A stretch of DNA of 37,247 nucleotides from Rhodanobacteraceae bacterium (GTDB lineage Bacteria > Pseudomonadota > Gammaproteobacteria > Xanthomonadales > Rhodanobacteraceae), in assembly GCA_035694895.1 (NCBI GenBank), contig DASSFA010000048.1, positions 1 through 37,247 on the forward strand. Reading direction: 5' to 3'. The notes beneath the pieces are model-generated. The model worked only from the letters and a program-made list of their open reading frames with translations. It ran no database searches and was not told the DNA's origin. The position numbers were made by a program, and so were the translations under genes. Shown piece by piece: positions 9,026 through 17,970 of the stretch (positions are counted from its first letter, which is position 1; each line of letters starts with the position of its first letter).

Positions 9026-9595
9026 CTATTCGGGAACCAACGTCGCGATCACGTGTTCGACGTAGGTGTCGAACTGGTCCTGCGACATGCGCGGCAGGTC
9101 GGGCAGCAGGCTCAGTTGCAGAAAGCCGACATAGGCGGCGTAGGCGAGCCGTGCGCGATGCTGGGCTTCGCTCCTGCTCATGCCGGCCTGGCGGTATGCC
9201 TGGTTCAGGAATTCCAGCCGGCGTTGCGAGACCCGCCCCATCACGTGCGCTACCGGCGGCAGTTCCAGTGCCTGCAGGAACGCTGCGTACACCCGGTTCG
9301 GGCGCGCCTCGCGCGCCACGCGGTGGAACAGTTCGCGCAACCGCGCGCGCGGCTCGCCGATCGAAACGATGTGGTTCTGCAGCTCGTGTTCGTCGTGCGC
9401 TTCCCAGCGTGCGAGCGCCGCCTTCAGCAACGCCTCGCGGGTGCGGAAGTGCCAATAGAAGCTTCCTTTCGTGACGCCCAATCGCTTGGCCAGCGCTTCC
9501 ACTGCGAGAGCATCCACGCCTTCCTGGGCGATCATGTCCAGTGCGCCGTTTTCCCAATCTTCGGCGGACAGACGATTGCGTTCACTGCGTGACAT
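9026..9595 (-). CDS. TetR/AcrR family transcriptional regulator
   Basis: N-terminal HTH (VEALAKRLGVTKGSFYWHFRTREALL). Divergent from the hydrolase-fadE pair. The start is uncertain: ATGs at 9595, 9604 and 9616, and the track ORF runs to 9676. Confidence 0.85.
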   Translation of the reverse strand: MSRSERNRLSAEDWENGALDMIAQEGVDALAVEALAKRLGVTKGSFYWHFRTREALLKAALARWEAHDEHELQNHIVSIGEPRARLRELFHRVAREARPNRVYAAFLQALELPPVAHVMGRVSQRRLEFLNQAYRQAGMSRSEAQHRARLAYAAYVGFLQLSLLPDLPRMSQDQFDTYVEHVIATLVPE

Positions 9596-9669
9596 CGGCG
9601 GCATCTGCGAATCCATACGCTGGAGCGCGAAGCGAGCCCCGTGCCAAGCGTGCGCCGTTCTCGAACATG

Positions 9670-9712
9670 TTGACAAGCTGTCACAATACCATTACCATAC
9701 GTATGCGTATGG
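9670..9712. promoter_or_regulatory. candidate promoter plus TetR operator palindromes in the divergent tetR/hydrolase spacer
   Basis: TTGACA (9670-9675), 17-nt spacer, TACCAT (9693-9698). Perfect palindrome TGACA-AGC-TGTCA at 9671-9683. Inverted repeat CCATAC/GTATGG at 9695-9700 and 9707-9712, overlapping the palindrome CATACGTATG (9696-9705). Confidence 0.4.
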
Positions 9713-10614
9713 TGGTGATGCCAACCGGTTCGGCAGCTGGCGCGTGCTTCTTGCGAAGCGCCGACGGATTGCCGCTGGCTATTGAAACGCGTGGCCCGGC
9801 GAAGGCGCCGGCGGTGTTGTTCGCGCACGGCTTCGGGCAGACGCGCCACGCCTGGACGCGCTGCGCGCGGGCGCTCTCCATCGCCGGGTTTCGCACGATC
9901 GCCGCCGATATGCGCGGACACGGCGAGAGTGGCCGCCTGGCCGATGGCGCTTACCATCTGGAGCAATTCCTCGACGATCTCTTGTGCATCGCGCGCACGC
10001 CTCCCCAGCCGCCCGTGCTGGTCGGCGCCTCGATGGGCGGTCTGCTCGGGCTTGCGCTGGCGGGCGAAATCTCGCCGCCGCCGTTCCGCGCGCTGGTGCT
10101 GGTGGACATCACGCCGCGCTGGGAATCCGCCGGCGTTGCGCGCATGCTCGGCTTCATGCGCGCACATCCGCACGGGTTCGCCGATTACGACGAAGCGATC
10201 GCGGCGATCGCTTCGTATCTGCCGCACCGCACCCGGCAGAAACGCCGGCACGAACTGGAACCGCTGCTGCGCCGCGGTGATGATGGACGCCTGCGCTGGC
10301 ACTGGGATCCCGCGCTGCTGGAAACCATCGCGCACGAAGGCGAACGTTACCAGCCGCGCCTGCTCGAGGCCGCGCGCAGGATCGAAGTGCCGGTGCTGCT
10401 GGTGTCCGGCGGACGCTCCGACGTTGTCTCGCGCGACACCATCGCGGAATTCATGCGGCTGCTCCCGCATGCGCAACATGTCCAGTTGCCGCACGCCACG
10501 CACATGCTCGCCGGCGATGCCAATGACGCATTCACCGGCGCGATCGAAACTTTCATCCACTCGCTGCCCGAGGGCGGCGATTCCATGAGGCAAGCCCCAT
10601 GCACGTCTTCCTGA
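9703..10614 (+). CDS. alpha/beta hydrolase
   Basis: HGFGQTRHAW oxyanion region and nucleophile elbow GASMGG. Possible starts are ATG 9703, 9709 or 9718; the track ORF from 9541 is an extension across the operator region. Confidence 0.8.
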   Translation: MRMVVMPTGSAAGACFLRSADGLPLAIETRGPAKAPAVLFAHGFGQTRHAWTRCARALSIAGFRTIAADMRGHGESGRLADGAYHLEQFLDDLLCIARTPPQPPVLVGASMGGLLGLALAGEISPPPFRALVLVDITPRWESAGVARMLGFMRAHPHGFADYDEAIAAIASYLPHRTRQKRRHELEPLLRRGDDGRLRWHWDPALLETIAHEGERYQPRLLEAARRIEVPVLLVSGGRSDVVSRDTIAEFMRLLPHAQHVQLPHATHMLAGDANDAFTGAIETFIHSLPEGGDSMRQAPCTSS

Positions 10615-13076
10615 TCATTCTTGCCGCGCTGGTCGTGACCGGAGCCTGCGCCTACTTCCGCAGTCGCCTGTGGCTTTGGACGGCGTTGACCGTCGCCGCG
10701 ATGATCGGTGTCGGCCTGGGGCTGCCCGCACCGCGCGCGACATGGATCGTGCTCGGCGTTTTCGGTGTGCTGTTCGCGCTGCCGCTGAACTTCATTCCAC
10801 TGCGCCGCGCGCTGATTTCGAAGCCGCTGCTGAACGTGTTCCGCCGCGTGCTGCCGAAGCTATCGGAGACCGAGCAGGTCGCATTGGACGCAGGCACGGT
10901 CGGTTTCGAAGGCGAGCTGTTCGCAGGCAAGCCGGACTGGTCGAAGCTGCTCTCGCAGCCGAAGCCGCAGTTGAGCACCGAGGAGCAGGCGTTCCTGGAC
11001 GGGCCGTGCGAACAACTTTGCCGCATGGTGGACGACTGGAAGATCACCCACGAGCTGGCCGACCTGCCGCCGCCGATCTGGGACTTCGTCAAGCGCGAAA
11101 AATTCTTCGGCATGATCATCCCCAAGCGTTATGGCGGACTGGAGTTTTCCGCCCTGGCGCATTCGGCGGTGCTGCAGAAGCTGGCGAGCATCTCCACGAC
11201 GCTGGCATCCAACGTTTCAGTGCCGAATTCGCTCGGTCCGGCGGAACTGCTGCTGCGTTACGGCAGCGAAGAGCAGAAGAACTACTACCTGCCGCGCCTT
11301 GCCGACGGCCGCGAGATTCCCTGTTTCGCGCTGACCGGCCCGTATGCGGGCTCGGATGCCACTTCGATCCCGGATTTCGGGGTCATCTGCAGGCAGATGG
11401 TCGACGGTGTCGAGACGCTCGGCATGAAGCTGACCTTCGACAAGCGCTACATCACCCTGGCGCCGATCGCGACGATCATCGGGCTGGCGTTCCGCCTGTA
11501 CGATCCCGAACACCTGCTGGGTGAAAAGGAAGATCTGGGCATTTCGCTGGCGCTGATCCCGCGCGAAACGCCGGGATTGCAGATCGGCCGCCGCCACTTC
11601 CCCTTGAACATCCCGTTCCAGAACGGTCCGTTGCACGGCAAGGACATGTTCGTGCCGCTGAGCACCCTGATCGGCGGCCCGCACATGGCCGGCGAAGGCT
11701 GGAGGATGCTGGTGGAATGCCTGTCGGTCGGGCGCGCGATTTCGCTTCCGTCCAACGCCACCGGGTTCGTGCGGATGGCGGTGGCATCGACGGGTGCTTA
11801 CGCGCGCATCCGCAAGCAATTCGGCCTGGCGATTGCACGTTTCGAGGGCGTGCAGGACGCGCTGGCGCGCATCGGCGGACACGCCTACGCGATCGCTGCG
11901 CTGTCGCGCGCGTCGGCTGCGGCGGTGGACCGCGGCGAGAAACCGGCGGTGCCATCGACGATCGCGAAGTACCACGCGACCGAACTGGGCCGCGAAGTGG
12001 TGAAAGACGCAATGGACGTGCACGGCGGCAAAGCCATCCAGCTCGGGCCCAACAATTACATGGGGCGAAACTGGCAGGGCGCGCCGATCCCGATCACCGT
12101 GGAAGGCGCCAACATCATGACCCGCAGCCTGATGATCTTCGGGCAGGGCGCGATCCGCTGTCATCCGTGGGTGCTGAAGGAAATGCACGCCGCGCGCAAT
12201 CCGGATCGCGCGCGAGGCCTGCGCGAACTCGATGCGGCCTTTTTCGGGCACCTGGGCTTCGGCATTTCCAACGCCGTGCGCAGCTTCGTGCTGGGCCTCG
12301 CATTCGGCAAGCTCGGCATGGTGCCGGGCGATGCTTACACGCGCCGCTATTACCGCAAGCTGGATCGCTATGCCGCGGCACTCGCGCTGGTCGCCGACAC
12401 GGCAATGGGCGTGCTCGGTGGGCGCCTGAAGTTCAAGGAAAAGCTGTCGGCGCGCCTGGGCGACGTGCTCTCGTATCTCTACATCGCCTCGGCGATGCTC
12501 AAGCGCTACGAGGACGAGGGTCGGCCGGAAGTCGAGCGCCCGTTGCTGGCGTGGGCGTTCCACCAATCCATCTGGAACATCCAGATGGCGATCGACGGCG
12601 TGATCCGCAATTTCCCGGTGCGGCCGGTGGCGTGGCTGCTGCGCTTCCTGGTGTTTCCGTTCGGCCGCCGCGAGGTGCCGCCCTCGGACCGCCTGGGCCG
12701 CCGCGTGGCCGCACTGATCACCTCGCCCAATGCCGCGCGCGACGCGTTGCTGCGTGGCATGTATCTCACGCCCGCGCCGAACAACCCGGTCGGGCGCATG
12801 CATGCGCTGCTGCCGGAAGTGGTGGCGGCGGAACCGGTCGAGCGCAAATTCCTGAAGGCGCTGAAGGGTGGCGCGATCAAGGCGCACGATTACTTCGAAC
12901 AATTGCAACAAGCCGAGGCGATCGGCGCGATCACCCCCGCTGAACGGGCGCAACTGGAGCACCTGCGCCGCGCCACCGCCGAATTCATCAACGTGGACGA
13001 TTTCGATCCGGAGGAGCTGCGCGCAGGAGCGAGCCGGCGGGGCGCGGACTCGCCGCGTTCGTTGCACGTGGCATGA
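10599..13076 (+). CDS. fadE: acyl-CoA dehydrogenase, long FadE type
   Basis: 825 aa. Hydrophobic N-terminus and LSETEQVALDAGTVGFEGELFAGKPDW, which resembles the E. coli FadE N-terminal region. Acyl-CoA dehydrogenase core blocks follow. Overlaps the hydrolase stop by 16 nt. Confidence 0.9.
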   Translation: MHVFLIILAALVVTGACAYFRSRLWLWTALTVAAMIGVGLGLPAPRATWIVLGVFGVLFALPLNFIPLRRALISKPLLNVFRRVLPKLSETEQVALDAGTVGFEGELFAGKPDWSKLLSQPKPQLSTEEQAFLDGPCEQLCRMVDDWKITHELADLPPPIWDFVKREKFFGMIIPKRYGGLEFSALAHSAVLQKLASISTTLASNVSVPNSLGPAELLLRYGSEEQKNYYLPRLADGREIPCFALTGPYAGSDATSIPDFGVICRQMVDGVETLGMKLTFDKRYITLAPIATIIGLAFRLYDPEHLLGEKEDLGISLALIPRETPGLQIGRRHFPLNIPFQNGPLHGKDMFVPLSTLIGGPHMAGEGWRMLVECLSVGRAISLPSNATGFVRMAVASTGAYARIRKQFGLAIARFEGVQDALARIGGHAYAIAALSRASAAAVDRGEKPAVPSTIAKYHATELGREVVKDAMDVHGGKAIQLGPNNYMGRNWQGAPIPITVEGANIMTRSLMIFGQGAIRCHPWVLKEMHAARNPDRARGLRELDAAFFGHLGFGISNAVRSFVLGLAFGKLGMVPGDAYTRRYYRKLDRYAAALALVADTAMGVLGGRLKFKEKLSARLGDVLSYLYIASAMLKRYEDEGRPEVERPLLAWAFHQSIWNIQMAIDGVIRNFPVRPVAWLLRFLVFPFGRREVPPSDRLGRRVAALITSPNAARDALLRGMYLTPAPNNPVGRMHALLPEVVAAEPVERKFLKALKGGAIKAHDYFEQLQQAEAIGAITPAERAQLEHLRRATAEFINVDDFDPEELRAGASRRGADSPRSLHVA

Positions 13077-13106
13077 AATCGAGATCGCCAGGCAACGCGA
13101 TATCGC

Positions 13107-13242
13107 TCGTCATTCCGGACGCCGCTCAGCGGCGATCCGGAATCCATTTTGATCTTGCTTCGTTTTACAAAGACCAAGATGGATTCCGGGTTCCGCCGCG
13201 GATTGCATCCGCGGCAGCCCCGGAATGACGACATGGTGGGTT
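13107..13242. repeat. intergenic nested palindromic repeat, copy B (most complete copy)
   Basis: Outer inverted repeat TCGTCATTCCGG (13107-13118) / CCGGAATGACGA (13220-13231). Inner inverted repeat CCGGAATCCAT (from 13137) / ATGGATTCCGG (to 13188). Extra hairpins GCCGC-TCA-GCGGC and CCGCGGAT-TGC-ATCCGCGG. Lies between convergent fadE and prfC. Confidence 0.65.
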
Positions 13243-13254
13243 CTGGCCTCCCGG

Positions 13255-14865
13255 TCAGAGTGCCATCGCGCTCGCGTGTTCGCGCGTGGCGGCGAACGTG
13301 ACTGCCGGTGCGCGTTCCTGCGCCAGTTGCAGGTTTACCCGCGTGGGTGCGAGGTAAACCAGCTCGCCAGCGGCATCCAGCGCCAGGTTCGGCGCATTCT
13401 TCTCGCGGAACTCTTCCAGCTTCTTCGCATCGTCGCAGCGGATCCAGCGCGCGGTGGCAATCGTCACCGGCTCGAACGCGGCATCCACGCCGTACTCGTC
13501 CTTCAGCCGGTACGCGACCACGTCGAACTGCAGAACGCCCACGGCGCCGAGGATCAGGTCGTTGCTCATCAATGGCCGGAAGAACTGCGTCGCGCCTTCT
13601 TCCGACAACTGCTCCAGGCCTTTCTGCAGCGCCTTCATCTTCAGCGGATCGCGCAGGCGAGCGCGGCGGAACAGCTCCGGCGCGAAGTTCGGGATCCCGG
13701 TGAACGAAAGCGGTTCGCCTTCGCTGAAGGTGTCGCCGATCGAAATCGTGCCGTGGTTGTGGAGCCCGATCACGTCGCCGGGATAGGCGACGTCCACGAT
13801 CTCGCGATCCGAAGCCATGAAGGTCAGCGCGTTGGCGAGCTTGACCTCCTTGTTGCCGCGCACCTGCAGCGCCTTCATGCCGCTGCGGTAGCTGCCCGAG
13901 CAGACGCGCAGGAATGCCACGCGATCGCGATGTTGCGGATCCATGTTCGCCTGGATCTTGAAGACGAAGCCGGTGAGCTTGTCCTCGTTGGGCGAAACTT
14001 CGCGCGTGGTGGCGGCGCGCGCCTTCGGCGGCGGTGCGTGCTCGACGAAGAAATCCAGCAACGGCTGCACGCCGAAATTGTTGACCGCCGAGCCGAAGAA
14101 CACCGGCGTCTGTTTGCCGGCGAGGTACGCCTCGCGATCGAACGGGTGCGAGGCCCCACGCACCAGCTCCAGCTCGTCCCGCAGTTCCGCCAGCATCTCC
14201 GCGCCGATCCGCGTCACGAGCTCGGGATCGTCAAGACCCTTGAAGATCGTCGAATCCTGCCGCGTGAAATTGCGGCCCGGTTCGTACAGGTGCACCTCGT
14301 CGTCCAGCAGGTGATACACGCCCCTCAGGCGCGAACCCATGCCGATCGGCCAGGTGATCGGCGCACAGGCGATCTTCAGCACGCTCTCCACTTCATCCAG
14401 CAGTTCGATCGGTGCGCGGCCCTCGCGGTCGAGCTTGTTGATGAAGGTCATGATCGGCGTGTCGCGCAGCCGGCACACCTCCATCAGCTTGATGGTGCGT
14501 TCCTCCACGCCCTTGGCGCAGTCGATCACCATCAGCGCCGAATCCACCGCGGTCAGCACGCGGTAGGTGTCCTCGGAAAAGTCCGCGTGGCCCGGCGTGT
14601 CCAGCAGGTTGACGATGCGGCCCTCGTAGGGGAACTGCATCACCGACGAGGTCACCGAAATGCCGCGCTCCTTTTCCAGCGCCATCCAGTCGGAGGTGGC
14701 GTGGCGCGCGGCCTTGCGCGACTTCACCGAGCCGGCCATCTGGATCGCGCCGCCGAACAGCAAGAGCTTCTCGGTCAGGGTGGTCTTGCCCGCGTCGGGG
14801 TGCGAGATGATCGCGAAGGTGCGTCGGCGCGCGGTCTCGCGGTTGTGATCGGTGGCGTTCGACAT
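13255..14865 (-). CDS. prfC: peptide chain release factor 3
   Basis: 536 aa. GTPase G1 motif [28 protein letters not shown]. Overall RF3-like sequence. Confidence 0.95.
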   Translation of the reverse strand: MSNATDHNRETARRRTFAIISHPDAGKTTLTEKLLLFGGAIQMAGSVKSRKAARHATSDWMALEKERGISVTSSVMQFPYEGRIVNLLDTPGHADFSEDTYRVLTAVDSALMVIDCAKGVEERTIKLMEVCRLRDTPIMTFINKLDREGRAPIELLDEVESVLKIACAPITWPIGMGSRLRGVYHLLDDEVHLYEPGRNFTRQDSTIFKGLDDPELVTRIGAEMLAELRDELELVRGASHPFDREAYLAGKQTPVFFGSAVNNFGVQPLLDFFVEHAPPPKARAATTREVSPNEDKLTGFVFKIQANMDPQHRDRVAFLRVCSGSYRSGMKALQVRGNKEVKLANALTFMASDREIVDVAYPGDVIGLHNHGTISIGDTFSEGEPLSFTGIPNFAPELFRRARLRDPLKMKALQKGLEQLSEEGATQFFRPLMSNDLILGAVGVLQFDVVAYRLKDEYGVDAAFEPVTIATARWIRCDDAKKLEEFREKNAPNLALDAAGELVYLAPTRVNLQLAQERAPAVTFAATREHASAMAL

Positions 14866-14959
14866 GGAAGGCGGGCTTGCGGAAAACGCAAACCCGCAAT
14901 TCTAGCGTGGATCGCCGGAGCGCCGGGCCGTCGGCTTGCGCCGATGGCGCCCGGGCCGT

Positions 14960-16354
14960 TTATTTTGCCAACTTCGTCAGGAGACTGTGCCAGAAGTCCA
15001 GCGACGCCGGCACTTCGGAGGCGAGCAGCTTCTCGTTGAGGCCATGCGCGAAGGTGTCGTTCGGTTTGGAGAAGGTGGGGTCCACGCCGTAGCAGGGGAC
15101 GCCGGCATTGCGGAAGTACATGCTGTCCGAGGCGCCGGCCGACATGCCCGGCACCACGTCGACGCCCGGATAGCGCTCGTGGATGGTCGCGGCGACGGCG
15201 GCCATCACGTCCGGACGCAAAGGCGAGGCCGGGCTTTCGACGGGCGGCGGCTGTTTGACGCCGATCTCCACGGAAGGATCCGCGATCACCTTGGCGAGCG
15301 TGGCCTGCACGGCAGCGACGCTGTCGCGCGGGAAGATGCGGCAATTGATGTTGGCAGTGGCGCGTTGCGGCAACGCGTTGAGGGCGTGACCGCCGTCCAG
15401 CATCGTGGCAATGCAGGTCGTGCGGATCTGCCCGACGTAGGCGGGGTCGGCCGAGATCACCTCCGCGGCCTTGGCGTCATCCGGGTGCGCGGCGAACTGC
15501 CGCATGGCTCGAGCAAGCGCGCCGGTGCCGTGTTCGCCGGTGGCCTTCAACGAAGCCAGCGTGATCCCGCTGTGCTGCACCGGGAACTGGTACGCGGCGA
15601 CATGGTCCAGCGCCTTCGCCAGCCGGTAGATCGCGTTCTTCGAAGGTTCCGGTTCGCTGGAATGGCCGCCCGCCGAAGTGACGGTGAGGGTGAAGTCCGC
15701 ATAGGTCTTCTCGGCGGCCTGGATCTCGTAAACGACGGGCTTGAGGTTCGCGTCGTACGTGCCGCCGCCGGCATCCGCGTTGAGCAGGAATTCCGCCTCG
15801 TGGTAGCGCTTGGCCAGTTCGCGCGTGGAAGCCATGTCGGTTTCCTCGTCGCCGGAGAACACCAGGATCATCCCGCGGCTTGGTACGAAGTGTTCGCGCT
15901 TGAAGCGCATCATCGTCTCGACGAGCGCGATCACGTTGGTTTTCATGTCGGCGACGCCACGGCCGTACAGATAACCGTTCTCTTCGACCAGCTTGAACGG
16001 GTCGCGCTGCCAGTCCGCCGGATTGGCCGCGACCACGTCCATGTGCGCGGAAAGCAGGATCGGTTTCTTGCCGGGGTCGCTGCCGCGGTAGTGCACGACG
16101 AGTGCCGCCGTATGCTCGACCGGGATGATCTCGATATCGGATTTGGCGAAGCCGGCCGACTCCAGCTTCGCCGCCAGATAGCGCGCGAAGGCGGGGACCT
16201 GGTCCTTGCCTTCCACCGTCTGTGCGGCGATGGCATGACGCAGCATGTCCATCGTTTCGGGCATGGCTTGCGACGTGGTTTCCGCCACGGCTTGAGATGC
16301 GGGAACGGTCGCCAATGCGAGGCAGAGGATCAGGCCAATATGCGGCTTGGGCAT
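14960..16354 (-). CDS. M20/M25/M40 family metallopeptidase (secreted)
   Basis: Motifs SAHMDVV, GRGVADMK, SGDEE. I chose the ATG at 16354 (MPKPHIGLILCLALATVPASQAVA, a signal peptide). The track ORF up to 16855 runs backwards through the SAM riboswitch and is rejected. Confidence 0.85.
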   Translation of the reverse strand: MPKPHIGLILCLALATVPASQAVAETTSQAMPETMDMLRHAIAAQTVEGKDQVPAFARYLAAKLESAGFAKSDIEIIPVEHTAALVVHYRGSDPGKKPILLSAHMDVVAANPADWQRDPFKLVEENGYLYGRGVADMKTNVIALVETMMRFKREHFVPSRGMILVFSGDEETDMASTRELAKRYHEAEFLLNADAGGGTYDANLKPVVYEIQAAEKTYADFTLTVTSAGGHSSEPEPSKNAIYRLAKALDHVAAYQFPVQHSGITLASLKATGEHGTGALARAMRQFAAHPDDAKAAEVISADPAYVGQIRTTCIATMLDGGHALNALPQRATANINCRIFPRDSVAAVQATLAKVIADPSVEIGVKQPPPVESPASPLRPDVMAAVAATIHERYPGVDVVPGMSAGASDSMYFRNAGVPCYGVDPTFSKPNDTFAHGLNEKLLASEVPASLDFWHSLLTKLAK

Positions 16355-16508
16355 GGGGGGCTCGGGCTGTTGCGTCCCGCCGAGTATAGAAGAAGGATCC
16401 GACGGTGTTTCGGCAGCGGTGATGGGACGGAGCGCCGCTCCCGCGCCGGCCGCGGCATGTCGCGATTCCGATTCATCATGAACAGACATATAGACGTCTA
16501 AACGTCCA

Positions 16509-16537
16509 TTGACACGGTGCAATAGTGCCGCTACAGT
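16509..16537 (+). promoter_or_regulatory. near-consensus sigma-70 promoter for the SAM riboswitch-metB-hom transcript
   Basis: TTGACA (16509-16514), exactly 17 nt, TACAGT (16532-16537). Predicted start about 10 nt before the riboswitch P1 helix. Confidence 0.55.
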
Positions 16538-16547
16538 CATTGCACGC

Positions 16548-16665
16548 AACCCATCAAGACCGGCGGAGGGACAGGCCCTTTGAAGCCGGGGCAACCCGCG
16601 AATCGTTCGCAGGGTGCCAAATCCTGCGGAGATTCCACTCAAGGGGAGTCGCCGGGAGATGGGTC
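16548..16665 (+). promoter_or_regulatory. SAM-I (S-box) riboswitch aptamer
   Basis: AUCAAGACCGGCGGAGGGACAGGCCCUUUGAAGCCGGGGCAACC ... GGUGCCAAAUCCUGC ... GAGAUGGGU matches the S-box conserved core. P1 pairs ACCCAUC (16549-16555) with GAUGGGU (16658-16664). Located upstream of a methionine biosynthesis gene. Confidence 0.85.
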
Positions 16666-16755
16666 GGAGCGTGGCCGCGCGATCCCTCCTCCCCGCGCGG
16701 CCACGCCGAGACTCCGCCTCGGACGCAGGGAAGCTGCCAGACGGAGAGAATCGCA

Positions 16756-17970
16756 ATGGCCCTCGATACTCGTTTTGCTCCGCAGCCGGCAAGCGGCTGT
16801 ACCCGCGCTGTGCGCGCCGGCATCGATTGCGATGCCGCGCACGGGGCGGTGACACCGCCGCTGCACCTGTCCAGCAATTTCACGTTTGCCGGCTTCAACG
16901 GCAAGCGTGCCTATGACTACACGCGCAGCGGCAATCCCACCCGCGACCTGCTGGCCGATGCGCTGCGCGACCTCGAAGCCGGCGCTGGCGCCGTGGTTAC
17001 GTCCAGCGGCATGGCCGCGGTCGCGTTGGTGCTGGAACTGGTGCCGCACGGCGGCACCATCATCGCCGCCCACGATTGCTACGGCGGCACCTGGCGTCTG
17101 CTGGATGCGTGGGCGCGCAAGGGTCGCTTCCAGGTGCGCTTTGCGGACCTCACGGATCCGTTGTCGCTCGCCGCGGCGCTGGAAGGACAGCCCGCGCTGA
17201 CGTGGATCGAGACGCCTTCCAACCCGTTGCTGCGCATCACCGATATCCGCCACGTCGCGCAGGCCGCGCATGCGGCAGGTGCGCTGTGCGTGGTGGACAA
17301 CACCTTCCTTTCGCCGGTGCTGCAGCAGCCGTTGCGGCTGGGCGCCGATGTGGTCGTGCACTCCACGACGAAATACATCAACGGGCACAGTGACGTGGTC
17401 GGCGGCGCCGTGATCGCGAAAGACCCGGCCGTCGCCGAGCAACTGAAGTGGTGGGGCAATTGCCTCGGCCTGACCGGTGCGCCGTTCGACAGCTGGCTGA
17501 CCCTGCGTGGCCTGCGTACCCTGTCGGCGCGCATGCGCGTGCATCAGGAGAACACCGCAACCATCGCCGCGCTGCTGCAGATGCATCCGGCCATCGCCCG
17601 CGTGTACTGGCCGGGCCTGCCGGAGCACCAGGGACATGGCCGTGCCGCGCGACAGCAGTCGGGCTTCGGCGCGATGCTCAGCTTCGAGCTGCACGGCGGC
17701 GAGGCGGCTGTATGCGCTTTCCTGGATGGACTGCGCTGTATCACGCTGGCCGAATCGCTGGGCGGAGTGGAAAGCCTGATCGCACATCCGGCCACGATGA
17801 CGCATGCCTCGATGAGCGCAGAGGCGCGCCGTGCCGCGGGCATTTCCGACGCATTGCTGCGGTTGTCGGTCGGCATCGAGGACATCGATGATTTGTGCGG
17901 CGACATTGGCGCGGCGCTGGAACGCGCGGCGCAGGCGTGCGAAGCGCGCGCCCTCGAGGTGTCGCCATGA
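16756..17970 (+). CDS. metB: cystathionine gamma-synthase / O-succinylhomoserine (thiol)-lyase family PLP enzyme
   Basis: PLP lysine motif STTKYINGHSD and YTRSGNPTR. ATG at 16756 is preceded by GGAGAGA; the track ORF from 16525 overlaps the riboswitch. Confidence 0.9.
   Translation: MALDTRFAPQPASGCTRAVRAGIDCDAAHGAVTPPLHLSSNFTFAGFNGKRAYDYTRSGNPTRDLLADALRDLEAGAGAVVTSSGMAAVALVLELVPHGGTIIAAHDCYGGTWRLLDAWARKGRFQVRFADLTDPLSLAAALEGQPALTWIETPSNPLLRITDIRHVAQAAHAAGALCVVDNTFLSPVLQQPLRLGADVVVHSTTKYINGHSDVVGGAVIAKDPAVAEQLKWWGNCLGLTGAPFDSWLTLRGLRTLSARMRVHQENTATIAALLQMHPAIARVYWPGLPEHQGHGRAARQQSGFGAMLSFELHGGEAAVCAFLDGLRCITLAESLGGVESLIAHPATMTHASMSAEARRAAGISDALLRLSVGIEDIDDLCGDIGAALERAAQACEARALEVSP

Noticed and set aside
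11217-13067. 616-aa minus-strand ORF, plus other ORFs inside fadE
   Set aside because: Antisense to a well-supported FadE-type acyl-CoA dehydrogenase, with no motifs.
13225-16501. 604-aa (13225..15039) and 521-aa (14936..16501) plus-strand ORFs
   Set aside because: They are antisense shadows of prfC and the M20 peptidase, low-complexity R/A/G-rich translations. The opposite-strand proteins carry GTPase and M20 catalytic motifs.
16355-16855. N-terminal 167 codons of the 631-aa minus-strand ORF 14960..16855
   Set aside because: This extension runs antisense through the SAM-I riboswitch and its promoter. The peptidase begins naturally with a signal peptide at the ATG at 16354.
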